A DNA stretch of 64,000 nt from Thermoanaerobaculia bacterium (GTDB lineage Bacteria > Acidobacteriota > Thermoanaerobaculia > Gp7-AA8). Below are positions 51,017-59,908 of this stretch, piece after piece (within the stretch, counting starts at the first letter, position 1; the number at the start of each line of letters is the position of its first letter). The DNA lies in assembly GCA_035576005.1 (NCBI GenBank), contig DATLXH010000010.1, positions 1,673 to 65,672 of the forward strand, written 5' to 3'. A model generated the notes under the pieces. It made no database searches. It had not been told where the DNA came from and saw only the letters and a program-made list of their open reading frames with translations. The position numbers and the translations under genes are program-made.

Positions 51017-51705
51017 ATCTCAAATGGCCTCTACGATCTTTGGCAGTTGTGCTCAGCGTCCTGCCGTTCGAGCTCTTCGCGCACGGTGTTACCGCCGGCG
51101 ATAAGGGCTACATCATGGAAACGACGGGCACTCGCATTCTCCCGTTCATCTACCTCGGCGCCAAGCACATGGTCACCGGCTACGACCATCTGCTGTTCCT
51201 CGTCGGCGTCATCTTCTTTCTTTACCGGATGAAGGACATCGGCATCTACGTGACGCTGTTCGCCGTTGGGCACTCCACCACGCTGCTCCTGGGCGTGCTG
51301 ACCGGTGTGAGCGTGAGCGCGTATCTCATCGACGCGATCATCGGTCTCTCCGTCGTCTACAAAGCGCTCGATAACCTGGGGGCGTTCCGGCGATGGTTCG
51401 GGTTTCAACCGAATACGAAAGCGGCAACGCTCATCTTCGGCTTCTTCCACGGCTTCGGTCTGGCGACAAAGATCCTCGAGTATGAGCTCTCACGCGAGGG
51501 GCTGATCCCCAACCTCATTGCCTTCAATATCGGCGTTGAAACCGGACAGTTGCTCGGGCTCGGCGCCATCCTGATCGCAATGGGCTTCTGGCGACGCAGT
51601 AGCAGTTTCGCCCGTCACGCCTACACCGCCAACGTCGCGATCATGACCGCAGGCTTCGTACTCATGGGTTATCAGCTGGCCGGCTACTTTCTCTCAACGA
51701 CATAA
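51013..51705 (+). CDS. HupE/UreJ family metal (Ni/Co) transporter
   Basis: Signal peptide, then GAKHMVTGYDHLLFLVGVIFF, FAVGHSTT and GFFHGFG motifs (HupE_UreJ_2 type). ATGA overlap with the upstream gene. Confidence 0.8.
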   Translation: MNLKWPLRSLAVVLSVLPFELFAHGVTAGDKGYIMETTGTRILPFIYLGAKHMVTGYDHLLFLVGVIFFLYRMKDIGIYVTLFAVGHSTTLLLGVLTGVSVSAYLIDAIIGLSVVYKALDNLGAFRRWFGFQPNTKAATLIFGFFHGFGLATKILEYELSREGLIPNLIAFNIGVETGQLLGLGAILIAMGFWRRSSSFARHAYTANVAIMTAGFVLMGYQLAGYFLSTT

Positions 51706-51717
51706 GGAAAACACGAC

Positions 51718-52386
51718 ATGAGTGAGATCAATGACTCTGCTCCCAATATCAGCAACTCGGTTCCCACCAACCTGCCGTCAACTCAAAGACTGATTCGCTC
51801 GACTCTGATCGCCATGGTCACCGCGGGCGTCCTGCTGGTGGCCGTGGTTTTACCCGCGGAGTACGGCGTCGATGCCACGGGGATCGGCAATGTCCTCGGC
51901 CTGACTGAGATGGGCAAGATCAAAACTTCGCTCGCGAAAGAAGCGAAGAAAGAGGAAGCAGCTGCAGTCTCGAAGAATCCTTCCGCAGAGTCATCTGCAG
52001 CGTTGCCGGTAGCGGCACCTGAAGCGTTTACTTCGACGAACATCCCCCCGGCCGCTGCGACTCCACTCAGCAACGTTGTGACCATCGTGCTGAAGCCTGA
52101 TCAGGGGCGGGAGATCAAGCTCTCGATGCGTGAGGGCGCACGAGTGACCTACACCTGGTCGACTGATCGGGGAGTCGTCAACTACGATACCCACGCCGAT
52201 TCGGTGAGTCCGCCTCGCGACTATCACGGATATCAGAAGGGGACGCGCGTCAACTCGGATAAAGGGGAGTTGGTTGCGGCGTTCGATGGCTGGCACGGCT
52301 GGTTCTGGCGCAATCGCGGCACCGAGACCGTGACGATCACACTTCGCACCACGGGGGATTATCAGCAAATCAAAGAGCCGGAATAA
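51718..52386 (+). CDS. Hypothetical membrane-anchored protein
   Basis: 222 aa. Single TM (LIAMVTAGVLLVAVVL), then a beta-rich C-domain ending WHGWFWRNRG. Lies 12 nt after hupE. Confidence 0.65.
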   Translation: MSEINDSAPNISNSVPTNLPSTQRLIRSTLIAMVTAGVLLVAVVLPAEYGVDATGIGNVLGLTEMGKIKTSLAKEAKKEEAAAVSKNPSAESSAALPVAAPEAFTSTNIPPAAATPLSNVVTIVLKPDQGREIKLSMREGARVTYTWSTDRGVVNYDTHADSVSPPRDYHGYQKGTRVNSDKGELVAAFDGWHGWFWRNRGTETVTITLRTTGDYQQIKEPE

Positions 52387-52469
52387 ATCGCGCGCCAACG
52401 AGGGGATCGCTGGAGAATGATTCGACCGGTCAACGGGTTTTCAATCGCAACGACATTGGAGGAAACAGC

Positions 52470-52820
52470 ATGAATTCGAGAATGACCATTGGCGTGATCC
52501 TGCTTGCATCTTTTGTTGTAATTCCAGCGGTGATCGCTCACGACCCGAGGGAGCACAAGCGCGAGGCCGAGGAGCAAATGACGCGCGTACCGGTGCAGAT
52601 TGAGTCGGTACCCGTCGCCCAACCGCAACCGGTGCTACCGAAGATTCGCTTCCATGGGATGGATTCGAACCGTGATCGGACGATCAGCCACCAGGAATGG
52701 CGCGGTACGACCAGGAACTTCCGGGCGCTCGACCGTAACAGAGATGGAATCCTCTCGGGTGATGAAGTGGCGACCAGAACCAAGGCTGAAGTAAAGGCTA
52801 AGGCACCGGCGAAGAATTAG
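52470..52820 (+). CDS. Secreted EF-hand pair protein
   Basis: Signal peptide. Two canonical loops, DSNRDRTISHQE and DRNRDGILSGDE. Confidence 0.75.
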   Translation: MNSRMTIGVILLASFVVIPAVIAHDPREHKREAEEQMTRVPVQIESVPVAQPQPVLPKIRFHGMDSNRDRTISHQEWRGTTRNFRALDRNRDGILSGDEVATRTKAEVKAKAPAKN

Positions 52821-52890
52821 GTTCCGGCGCACGCGATTCCCCCCGTTCAGGGAGTGTTCGTAGAGGTGCTTGCTGGCCTGACCAAGGTCG

Positions 52891-53343
52891 TTACGATTTC
52901 TTTTCGGCGGGCACAATCGAAATGTTCCCATTCCTCTCCAGCACCGCGTATTTGATGTCCTCCAATCGCTCCAACCCTTGTAGCTCGCGTGCTGCCGCGA
53001 GAACATCCGATACGTCGACGCGCGCCTTCTTCAGATGCTGCTCGATGGGCTCACCGTTTTCCAGCAACACGACAGGCACACCCTCGAGCAGCTTGTCGAG
53101 GGCAGCGGATCGCTCCTTGACGTAACCGAGGCCGATATCGATCAGAATCAAGGTGGCCACGACCAGCACTGCATTCGTAACTGAGAAGTCTTCCCCGAGG
53201 AGGGCCTGCTGCGCAGCCTCACCGATGATCAGCAGTAGGACGAAGTCGAAGTTGGTGATGTCCGCGAGAGTCCGCTTTCCGGCGATCCGGAACAGGACCA
53301 TGAGTGCGAGATAGACCGCTGCGGCACGAAGCACCGATTCCAT
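52891..53343 (-). CDS. DUF421 (YetF-like) membrane protein
   Basis: [21 protein letters not shown] and the C-terminal LERNGNISI pattern typical of DUF421. Confidence 0.8.
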   Translation of the reverse strand: MESVLRAAAVYLALMVLFRIAGKRTLADITNFDFVLLLIIGEAAQQALLGEDFSVTNAVLVVATLILIDIGLGYVKERSAALDKLLEGVPVVLLENGEPIEQHLKKARVDVSDVLAAARELQGLERLEDIKYAVLERNGNISIVPAEKKS

Positions 53344-53361
53344 GACTCGACCTCCTGCAGT

Positions 53362-53868
53362 TCAGGGAAAGACGAACATACTGATCGGAATCACGCCGTC
53401 CGCAGTGCGCAGCCGGCCGCGAACGATTCCAACGTGATTCGCTTCTGCCCGTATGTGGACCGTCAAGGTTTCGCCAGCTCCGCGAAAAACGAGGCGAGTT
53501 TCGTTCGGCCCTCCCTGCGCGGAGTCGGGAGACGGGATCATCGCCTCGAATTTCACTCTGCCTAGATAGTCGTTGTCGACTGCCATCCAGGACTGATTCC
53601 CGGCTATGGGGAGCGTGACTTGTAACTTCATGGGAGCGGTATAACGCGCCAGCCGGGGATACTCGACAGAGGCTCTTCCGGCCATTCCGTTCCCTTCGGC
53701 GAGCATCCCACCTCCGCAGGCACCGGCCAGAGCGGCCAGAGTGGCGAGGAACAGGACGATCCATCCTGCACGCTCGACCTTCCAGGCGCGTCGCTGGAAC
53801 TCGAGATCTTCTTCGATCTGCAGATCGCCGTGAAACTGTTTGACCGTCACTCTAGCCCTCGCCCGCAT
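53362..53868 (-). CDS. Hypothetical membrane-anchored protein; annotated ATG lies inside a MITE terminal repeat
   Basis: 168-aa ORF with one TM ([16 protein letters not shown]). The start codon at 53866-53868 is part of CCCGCAT of the TIR. An alternative GTG lies 6 codons in. Confidence 0.6.
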   Translation of the reverse strand: MRARARVTVKQFHGDLQIEEDLEFQRRAWKVERAGWIVLFLATLAALAGACGGGMLAEGNGMAGRASVEYPRLARYTAPMKLQVTLPIAGNQSWMAVDNDYLGRVKFEAMIPSPDSAQGGPNETRLVFRGAGETLTVHIRAEANHVGIVRGRLRTADGVIPISMFVFP

Positions 53869-53960
53869 TTCTCACAGATCTTCGCCGTGAGACGATGGAT
53901 AGCAGCCTGTCTGCTTCGGTGCACGGCAATTTCGCTCCTTGACGTAGTGTCGACTATGCC
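53862..53960 (+). mobile_element. MITE left half (truncated copy)
   Basis: Aligns with 55813-55911. Homology stops at ..GTCGACTATGCC. Confidence 0.8.
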
Positions 53961-54068
53961 CGGGACGAGCCACCACGCGCTGCGGCCAAGGCGGAGCCAC
54001 ATCCATGCGGCGTAGCAACCAGCGATCTCGAACAGCGCGGCGAGAACGAGCAAGGGAATGCTTTGCAT
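53955..54068 (-). pseudogene. ynfA: Remnant (first ~38 codons) of ynfA-family (UPF0060) membrane protein, truncated at the MITE
   Basis: [38 protein letters not shown] matches the YnfA N-terminus (..EI.GC...W.WL). Reading then runs into MITE sequence. Confidence 0.6.
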
Positions 54069-54219
54069 CGCCTCGATTCTACGCTCACTTCCCGGCCCGG
54101 AAACGAAGCACCTGGTTACCCCGCATTTCTCACCCGCCTCTATCAACGAGCGCAGCGTGTCATCCGAGCGGGAGACAGCGTGGAACGCTGGTAGGTGATG
54201 ACAGCCGGCGCGGACTCGC

Positions 54220-54422
54220 GCCCCGGGAGGGGCGAATCCCTCTCCCCGGCGGGGAGAGGGTTGTCGCGTAAGCGACCGGGAGAGGGGCCGCGAGAGATAC
54301 GAAGACCTCGCCTTTTTCGACGGACTGGCGAGACTTTCACGCCCCTCTCCCTGCTTCGCTCCGCTCGCTTCCCTCTCCCCGCCGGGGAGAGGGATACGCC
54401 GCTTCGCGGCTCAACCACGTCA
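54220..54422 (-). repeat. Mosaic palindromic repeat, copy E (complete inversion of copy A)
   Basis: rc(module 2)-spacer-rc(module 1)-GCCGCTTCGCGGC. Confidence 0.85.
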
Positions 54423-54598
54423 GTCAGTGAGCCGGTGTCATTAGGAGCTTGGGCGGGTGGGCGTGAGGGGCTCCACCTCGCAAGCTTCCACTCAGTTCGG
54501 TAAAAGGCGAGAGTCCAACGTGAGACCGAGCTCAGGCCGCGACCGTACCAAGTCGACTCGAAATTGACCGGCGTTTATGACTGTTTCGACAGGCAGGT

Positions 54599-54688
54599 AT
54601 GTCCTCTTTACTTTTGTTCGTCGCCTTTGTCGCTGCCTGGTTCGTACTCATGCGGTTCGTTCTCCCTCGTTTGGGAATCGCTACGTGA
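54599..54688 (+). CDS. Possible 29-aa hydrophobic peptide
   Basis: MSSLLLFVAFVAAWFVLMRFVLPRLGIAT. Not in the ORF track because it is under 60 aa. Only a weak AGG precedes the ATG. Confidence 0.25.
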   Translation: MSSLLLFVAFVAAWFVLMRFVLPRLGIAT

Positions 54689-54729
54689 CTGGCTGGATCC
54701 TGCCGGGTACCGGCGGGTAAGGTGAAGTC

Positions 54730-55569
54730 TCAACGAGTCGCTGCAGCGCTCGGCGATGAATCAGCCGCACGCCAGTCGTCACGCTGAGGGACGAGTGGGA
54801 GACGTTGAATCCGGGTGAACGCGACATCGGCGGGCTCTCGATACGCTGGAACCCCGATCCTGATCGTTTCGTCGGGAACATCGAGGCGCATCGTTCCGTG
54901 AAGTACATCCCAGACAGAGAGAAGACTCGACCAGTTGCTGTTGGTCTCTTCGCGCCGGTCTGAGTGATGGATGCCATGCATTCGCGGCGTGACAAAGAGG
55001 CGCACCATCATCCGTTCGAACCTCTGAGGCAGCCGAAGGTTGCCGTGGTGAAAGAGGATCGACGCAAACAGAATCGTCTGCCAGAGCCAGACGGAGAAGG
55101 GACTGGCGCCTATCACGGCGATCTGCAGCGCTCGATAAAAGACCGACAGAGTCAGCTCGCCGAAATGGAACCGTAAAGCGGTCGAGGAGTCCAGGTCGAG
55201 ATCGACGTGGTGGACAAGGTGAAAACGCCACAGCAGCGGCACGACGTGACTTGCCCAGTGCCACCACCAGAGTGTGTAGTCGAGCAGGATGATCGCAACG
55301 AGAATGCTCCACGGCCCGGGAAGGTGAAGCCATCGAACGATTCCGAAGTCGTGCTCGTCAGCCCACTTCGCGACCGGTACCAGGAGTGGAGCCTGCAGCA
55401 GCGTCAGGATCGCCAGCGAGATTCCGCCCGTCGAGAGATTCCGGATGGTGTGTCTGAGCTTCGATTCGACGCGAGCGCGGAGCGGGCGCAGTGTCTCCCC
55501 CAGCAGCATCAGGCCGAACACGCTGAAGATCACCACTGGTGAGATCCAGAATGGAACTTCAGCTTTCAT
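54730..55569 (-). CDS. Fatty acid hydroxylase / sterol desaturase family protein
   Basis: His boxes HWASH, HLVHH, HGIHH. Multiple TM helices. Confidence 0.85.
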   Translation of the reverse strand: MKAEVPFWISPVVIFSVFGLMLLGETLRPLRARVESKLRHTIRNLSTGGISLAILTLLQAPLLVPVAKWADEHDFGIVRWLHLPGPWSILVAIILLDYTLWWWHWASHVVPLLWRFHLVHHVDLDLDSSTALRFHFGELTLSVFYRALQIAVIGASPFSVWLWQTILFASILFHHGNLRLPQRFERMMVRLFVTPRMHGIHHSDRREETNSNWSSLLSVWDVLHGTMRLDVPDETIRIGVPAYREPADVAFTRIQRLPLVPQRDDWRAADSSPSAAATR

Positions 55570-55606
55570 GTGAGGAGCGGCCCACGGCTGCTCATGCCTT
55601 GTACCC

Positions 55607-55792
55607 TCAACGGAAGGGCGTTGATTGCCGGATCACCACCTCCCGCTGATCGACCTCGCGGATTTCGTGAGATGACGAAAGGAAACATTGCGGACAGCGA
55701 GGCTGGCCATGCCGGTCCCGGTCCGCGACATCCGGCTCGAAGACAGTCTGGCATTCCAGGCAGAGGCGAAGGTTCTGTACATCGTCGGTCAT
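55607..55792 (-). CDS. Small zinc-ribbon protein (FmdB-like CxxC...CxxC)
   Basis: 61 aa with CLEC and CPQC pairs. AGGAGG sits 13 nt upstream. Lies 37 nt upstream of the desaturase gene. Confidence 0.4.
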   Translation of the reverse strand: MTDDVQNLRLCLECQTVFEPDVADRDRHGQPRCPQCFLSSSHEIREVDQREVVIRQSTPFR

Positions 55793-55812
55793 CGTGCAGG
55801 TTCAACCTCCTG

Positions 55813-55990
55813 CCCGCATTTCTCACAGACCTTTATTAAGAGACGGCGGATAGCGGCCTGTCTGCTTCGTTGCACGGCAATTTCGCTCCTTGACATAGTG
55901 TCGACTATGCCTTCGTCGCAAAATCGCCGTGCGCCTCGCACCCAAGCCACTCTCCGCCGTCTCATAACAAAGGTCTGTGAGAAATGCGGG
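55813..55990 (+). mobile_element. MITE-like element, full-length copy (178 bp, perfect 22-bp TIRs CCCGCATTTCTCACAGACCTTT / AAAGGTCTGTGAGAAATGCGGG)
   Basis: TIRs read directly. The interior is an extended imperfect palindrome (GAGACGGCGGA/TCCGCCGTCTC; GCACGGCAATTTCGC/GCAAAATCGCCGTGC). No ORF. Confidence 0.85.
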
Positions 55991-56771
55991 CCAGTCGCTG
56001 CGATTGTACTGGAGCGACGGGCCGCTGCCTCGACACTGTGTTCTGGATCAGGATCAAACCGGCGACGGCGATGAGAAACCAGGCGAAGGCGCGCGTAAGC
56101 GCGGCCTGGGACACGTGCTGAACCAACGCCGAGCCGATGAACACCCCGGCCACTGCCAGTGCCGTGAAGATGGAGACATAGCGCCAGTCGATCTGCACCG
56201 TCCCGGCATACGCGAGAGAGCCCGAAGCCGAGTTCATGGCGATCACCAGCAGCGAGGTACCGACGGCACGCTTCATGGGAAGACCAGCGAAAAGAACCAG
56301 CGCCGGGACGATGAGAAAGCCACCCCCGACACCGACTACACCCGTGAGCAGTCCGACGACGCCTGCGGCCCCGACCACGAGCGGCATGCGAACCGCCTTG
56401 TCTGCGGGCGCTTCCTCTTTCCGCGAGCGAAACATCGAGATGGAAGCTCCCAGCATCACCACCGCAAACAATACCATCTGGAATGTATCTGACACCTGGG
56501 CGGCAATCCTTCCACCCGCGTAGGAGCCAGCCATCGAGATGAGGCCGAAAATGAGGGCGGCCCGGAGGTCAACGTTCGACCCCCACCAATGTCGAAATGC
56601 ACCAACAAGGCTCGTCGTTCCGACGACCAGAAGACTGGCGGCGATGGCGGGCTTGGCCGCCATCCCGACGACGTAAACGAGAATCGGGACCGCCAGGATC
56701 GAGCCGCCGCCACCCAGAAGGCCGAGCGAAATCCCTATCAACGCGGCGAGGCCAAATCCGACGACTTCCAC
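55962..56771 (-). CDS. Sulfite exporter TauE/SafE family membrane protein; last ~9 codons and stop lie in the MITE
   Basis: 269 aa, 8 TM-like segments, Gly-rich [12 protein letters not shown] and [10 protein letters not shown] motifs. Confidence 0.85.
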   Translation of the reverse strand: MEVVGFGLAALIGISLGLLGGGGSILAVPILVYVVGMAAKPAIAASLLVVGTTSLVGAFRHWWGSNVDLRAALIFGLISMAGSYAGGRIAAQVSDTFQMVLFAVVMLGASISMFRSRKEEAPADKAVRMPLVVGAAGVVGLLTGVVGVGGGFLIVPALVLFAGLPMKRAVGTSLLVIAMNSASGSLAYAGTVQIDWRYVSIFTALAVAGVFIGSALVQHVSQAALTRAFAWFLIAVAGLILIQNTVSRQRPVAPVQSQRLARISHRPLL

Positions 56772-56773
56772 TG

Positions 56774-57403
56774 TCAGCTCGTGCAGTTCTTTGTTGAGAG
56801 GCGGATTCCACGGCCGACCGGAACTGGTTCGGCACCATGTTTGAGCGCCTGAATCATGGCAGGCACGTCACACGAGGCCACCGCGTTGTAGGGCAGCCGT
56901 GAAAGAACCATGGCCATTCCACAGGTGTCGGTGACACCAGCGAATACCAGTCCGCTCCCGACGAACATCGGAACGATTGCGAACCACGGGTTCACCATGA
57001 GAGCCAGCGCGGCTCCGACCGTGCCAAGAGCGCCGGCCGTAATGCGTACCTGTCGCTCCAGCGACATCCGCTTCGGGCCGAAACGCGCCGGCTTGTTCGC
57101 TGCGAGCCAGGCGTTCATCCCGCCGTCGAGAACATGAAGACGCGTGAGGCCTGAAACCCTCAACGCTTCCTCGGCTTTTCGCGCCCGCGCTCCGGACTGG
57201 CAGATCAAAAGAAAGTGCGTCTGCGAATCGCTGGCGATCTCGCCGGCGTGCTCGGGCAGCGCCGCGAGCGGCACGTTGTACGCACCAGGGATGTGAGCGC
57301 CTTCGAATTCCCCGGGCGTGCGGACATCGATGAGTCGAATATCGGAACGATCCGCCATGAGCTCCTCGAGATCACGCGGCTGTATGACTGGGGCAATGTT
57401 CAT
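56774..57403 (-). CDS. Rhodanese domain fused to a DUF2892 (YgaP-like) membrane domain
   Basis: Active-site loop CQSGARA. C-terminal GALGTVGAALA..GSGLVFAGVTDTCGMA. The likely start is MNIAPV (ATG 57401-57403). Confidence 0.85.
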   Translation of the reverse strand: MNIAPVIQPRDLEELMADRSDIRLIDVRTPGEFEGAHIPGAYNVPLAALPEHAGEIASDSQTHFLLICQSGARARKAEEALRVSGLTRLHVLDGGMNAWLAANKPARFGPKRMSLERQVRITAGALGTVGAALALMVNPWFAIVPMFVGSGLVFAGVTDTCGMAMVLSRLPYNAVASCDVPAMIQALKHGAEPVPVGRGIRLSTKNCTS

Positions 57404-57440
57404 GGGCAGGCTCCTCTTGCTCGAATTGCGATGCAGTTGG

Positions 57441-58823
57441 TCAGCGCTCGGTCTCATAGCCGGCACCCACCCAGGCGGATGTTCCTCCGATGATGTTATA
57501 GAGGTTGTCAAAGCCGAGGCGCTGCAGAATGCTGGCGGCCGCAGAGGAACGGTATCCTCCGGCGCAGATCACCGCGGTCGCCTGGGAGGAATCAAGGTTG
57601 TCGACCTGTTTCTCCAGTTGAGGTAAAGGGACGTTCTTTGCTCCAGGCACGTGACCCGAGGCGTACTCGTTCGGCGCTCTGACATCCACAATCTGCAGCG
57701 TCTTTCCATCTTCGCTGAGCTGAGTATGCAGTTCATCAACCGAGATCTGTGGGGTCGTCGCGAGCTCCAGCCCCGCTGCATGCCACGCAGCGATGCCGCC
57801 ATCGAGATAGCCAGCGACGTTCTCTAGTCCGACACGTGCCAGTCGCATCACAGCTTCGTCAATCTCCTCTTTCCCGTCAGCGACAATGAGCAGTCGATCG
57901 GAAGGTTTGACGAGACTTCCGCTCCAGCCTGCGTAATTACCCTTCAGTCCGATGTTCAGCGATCCCGGCAGGTGACCGTTCGCAAACGCCGTGCTCTCAC
58001 GAACATCGAGTACCACAGCTCCCTGCTGCATTCGCTTGTTGACGTCCTGCGGGGTGAAGGTCTCGACGCGGATCTCGGAAAGCATCCCGGCCCCTCGGCG
58101 GTTGATCTCCGCATCCATCCCAAAATAGCTCGGTGCCTCGGTCAGATCACTCGTCATCAATGTGATGAAATCCGGTTTCGACATCGGCCGGAGTGCGTAG
58201 TTGAGTCGCCGCTGCTCGCCGATCGTCGATGAGGTTTCTTTCGAGATGTTTCTCCCGCAGGATGACCCCGCGCCGTGAGCCGGATAAACTTCGACGGAGT
58301 CGTCAAGCTCGAGGAGCTTGTCGTGGAGTGAGTCGTAGAGCATCCCGGCCATCTGCTCCGAGGTGAAGCCTTTCGACCCAACCAGGTCTGGCCGGCCCAC
58401 GTCACCGATGAAGAGGGTATCGCCGGTGAGGACTTTCCCGGGTTCAGCTGAGACCGCGGGATCGATGACGAGCCAGGAGATTCCCTCCGGAGTGTGGCCG
58501 GGGGTTTCCATGGCGCGCAGGACAACTTTGCCGACGAGCAATTCATCGCCGTCGCGGACAGCACGATGGGGAAACTCCGCGCCAGCACGGTCACCGAAGA
58601 CGATCTCGGCTCCCGTTCTTGCCGCCAGCTCGCGATGGCCGCTGACGAAATCCGCGTGGAGATGAGTCTCGATCACGTACTTGATTTTCAGACCGTGAGC
58701 GCCCGCCTCCTCGATGTACTGTTGCACGTCACGTTGCGGATCGACCACGGCGGCCTCGCCTTCCGAGCCGATCAGATAGGACGCGTGCGCGAGGCAGCCG
58801 AGGTAAAACTGTTTGAAGTGCAT
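57441..58823 (-). CDS. MBL-fold persulfide dioxygenase-like protein with two C-terminal rhodanese domains (Blh/CstB-like)
   Basis: THLHADFVSGH metal motif. Second rhodanese with CAGGYRS active loop. 460 aa. Confidence 0.85.
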   Translation of the reverse strand: MHFKQFYLGCLAHASYLIGSEGEAAVVDPQRDVQQYIEEAGAHGLKIKYVIETHLHADFVSGHRELAARTGAEIVFGDRAGAEFPHRAVRDGDELLVGKVVLRAMETPGHTPEGISWLVIDPAVSAEPGKVLTGDTLFIGDVGRPDLVGSKGFTSEQMAGMLYDSLHDKLLELDDSVEVYPAHGAGSSCGRNISKETSSTIGEQRRLNYALRPMSKPDFITLMTSDLTEAPSYFGMDAEINRRGAGMLSEIRVETFTPQDVNKRMQQGAVVLDVRESTAFANGHLPGSLNIGLKGNYAGWSGSLVKPSDRLLIVADGKEEIDEAVMRLARVGLENVAGYLDGGIAAWHAAGLELATTPQISVDELHTQLSEDGKTLQIVDVRAPNEYASGHVPGAKNVPLPQLEKQVDNLDSSQATAVICAGGYRSSAAASILQRLGFDNLYNIIGGTSAWVGAGYETER

Positions 58824-58918
58824 GACGTTCTCCTTTGGTACGCGCAGCTCGCAATCCTTCCAGGACCGACATTTCCGGTGTTCGGGCCTTGCGTTTGCGT
58901 CTTTCCAAACGAGTGGTA

Positions 58919-58946
58919 ATATAACAATATTCCATTATAGTTATAT
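58919..58946. promoter_or_regulatory. AT-rich inverted repeat ATATAAC-N14-GTTATAT overlapping a minus-strand TATAAT; candidate ArsR-type operator/promoter
   Basis: The only strongly AT-rich patch in the divergent 58824-59159 region. rc of 58934-58939 is TATAAT. Confidence 0.4.
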
Positions 58947-59159
58947 ACACGATGGTCAGATATCGATAGCAGTAACGGCCTCGGTGGGCCGTGGTATCGC
59001 TTTTTCCCGACCTCAACCGCACTGACGACATTGATGCGTAGAGGGCTATCTCACACCGGGTACGTTCGGCGGCTGTCGCTATCCTGGCTATATGAACGTA
59101 TTCCGCTGCAGATATGAACCTCCTGCAATAAAATCGATTGTCGAAAAGTTGCGCTGTTC

Positions 59160-59522
59160 GTGAGACCAGTCAGAAAACACATCCCGATGTCTTCGGAGGC
59201 GTTGGAGCTCGTGGCTGCCCGCTTCCGCGTCATGGCCGAGCCGGTGCGCCTCCGGATTCTCCAGATGCTGGAATCCGAGGGTGAAATGAGTATCGGCGAG
59301 CTGACCGACGCCCTGGAGCTCTCCCAGCCCAATGTGAGTAAGCACATGAAAATGCTGATCCAGTCGGGCCTGGTAGCTCGTCGGCAGGAGGGCAACACCG
59401 TTTACTGCGCGATCTCCGACGCCAGCGTCTTCGAATTGTGCGATGTCGTCTGCTCCAGCCTCCGGGAGCGACTCACCGCGCAGTCGGCCGCGATGGATCG
59501 GTCCCGGATTCGCAGAGCCTGA
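59160..59522 (+). CDS. ArsR/SmtB-family transcriptional regulator (BigR/YgaV-like context)
   Basis: wHTH: EPVRLRILQMLESEGEMSIGELTDALELSQPNVSKHMKMLIQSGLV. GTG start at 59160, or ATG at 59187. Divergent from the persulfide operon. Confidence 0.85.
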   Translation: MRPVRKHIPMSSEALELVAARFRVMAEPVRLRILQMLESEGEMSIGELTDALELSQPNVSKHMKMLIQSGLVARRQEGNTVYCAISDASVFELCDVVCSSLRERLTAQSAAMDRSRIRRA

Positions 59523-59549
59523 GCCTCCGGGCTAGCCCTTGCGGGATCG

Positions 59550-59780
59550 TCAACCTGACTGACGCGAGTCCCTGAGTTGTCCTCGGAAGTTCACGCCGAA
59601 GAGAGGGCCCAGCAAACAGAAGTTCAGCAGCCCGGCCAGGATCGGAACGACACCGATCGCAGCGACTACGAAGGACCAGGGCGTAGAGAGCCGCGTGAGC
59701 CCCAGCCAGATGATGATCACTCCTGCGATCACCCGAATCAGACGGCCGGCCATACTCAGCATGAAGTGAACGAAACCCAT
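59550..59780 (-). CDS. DUF2892 (YgaP-like) small membrane protein
   Basis: 76 aa starting MGFVHFMLSMAGRLIRVIAG..LAGLLNFCLLGPLFG. The longer 59969 ORF start adds a non-protein-like extension. Confidence 0.65.
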   Translation of the reverse strand: MGFVHFMLSMAGRLIRVIAGVIIIWLGLTRLSTPWSFVVAAIGVVPILAGLLNFCLLGPLFGVNFRGQLRDSRQSG

Positions 59781-59908
59781 GATGTCGTTTCCCCTATCGT
59801 GTGGAGCAGGATGATGTCGAGTTGGACAAGAACGTTTCACGTTCCGAGCCAATGCCGCTATATGGTCACGTAGGAATATCAATCCTGTGTCGAGCATTGC
59901 GCTTTGAC

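Noticed and set aside
54686-54720. Selenocysteine recoding of the TGA that ends the 29-aa hydrophobic ORF (read-through would give ..IAT-U-LAGSC..; a CCTGCCGG-GTA-CCGGCGGG hairpin starts 13 nt downstream)
   Set aside because: The hairpin sits exactly where a terminator for the convergent desaturase gene (stop at 54730) is expected. Read-through would overlap that gene. The window has no selenoprotein context. The idea is kept only as a remote possibility.
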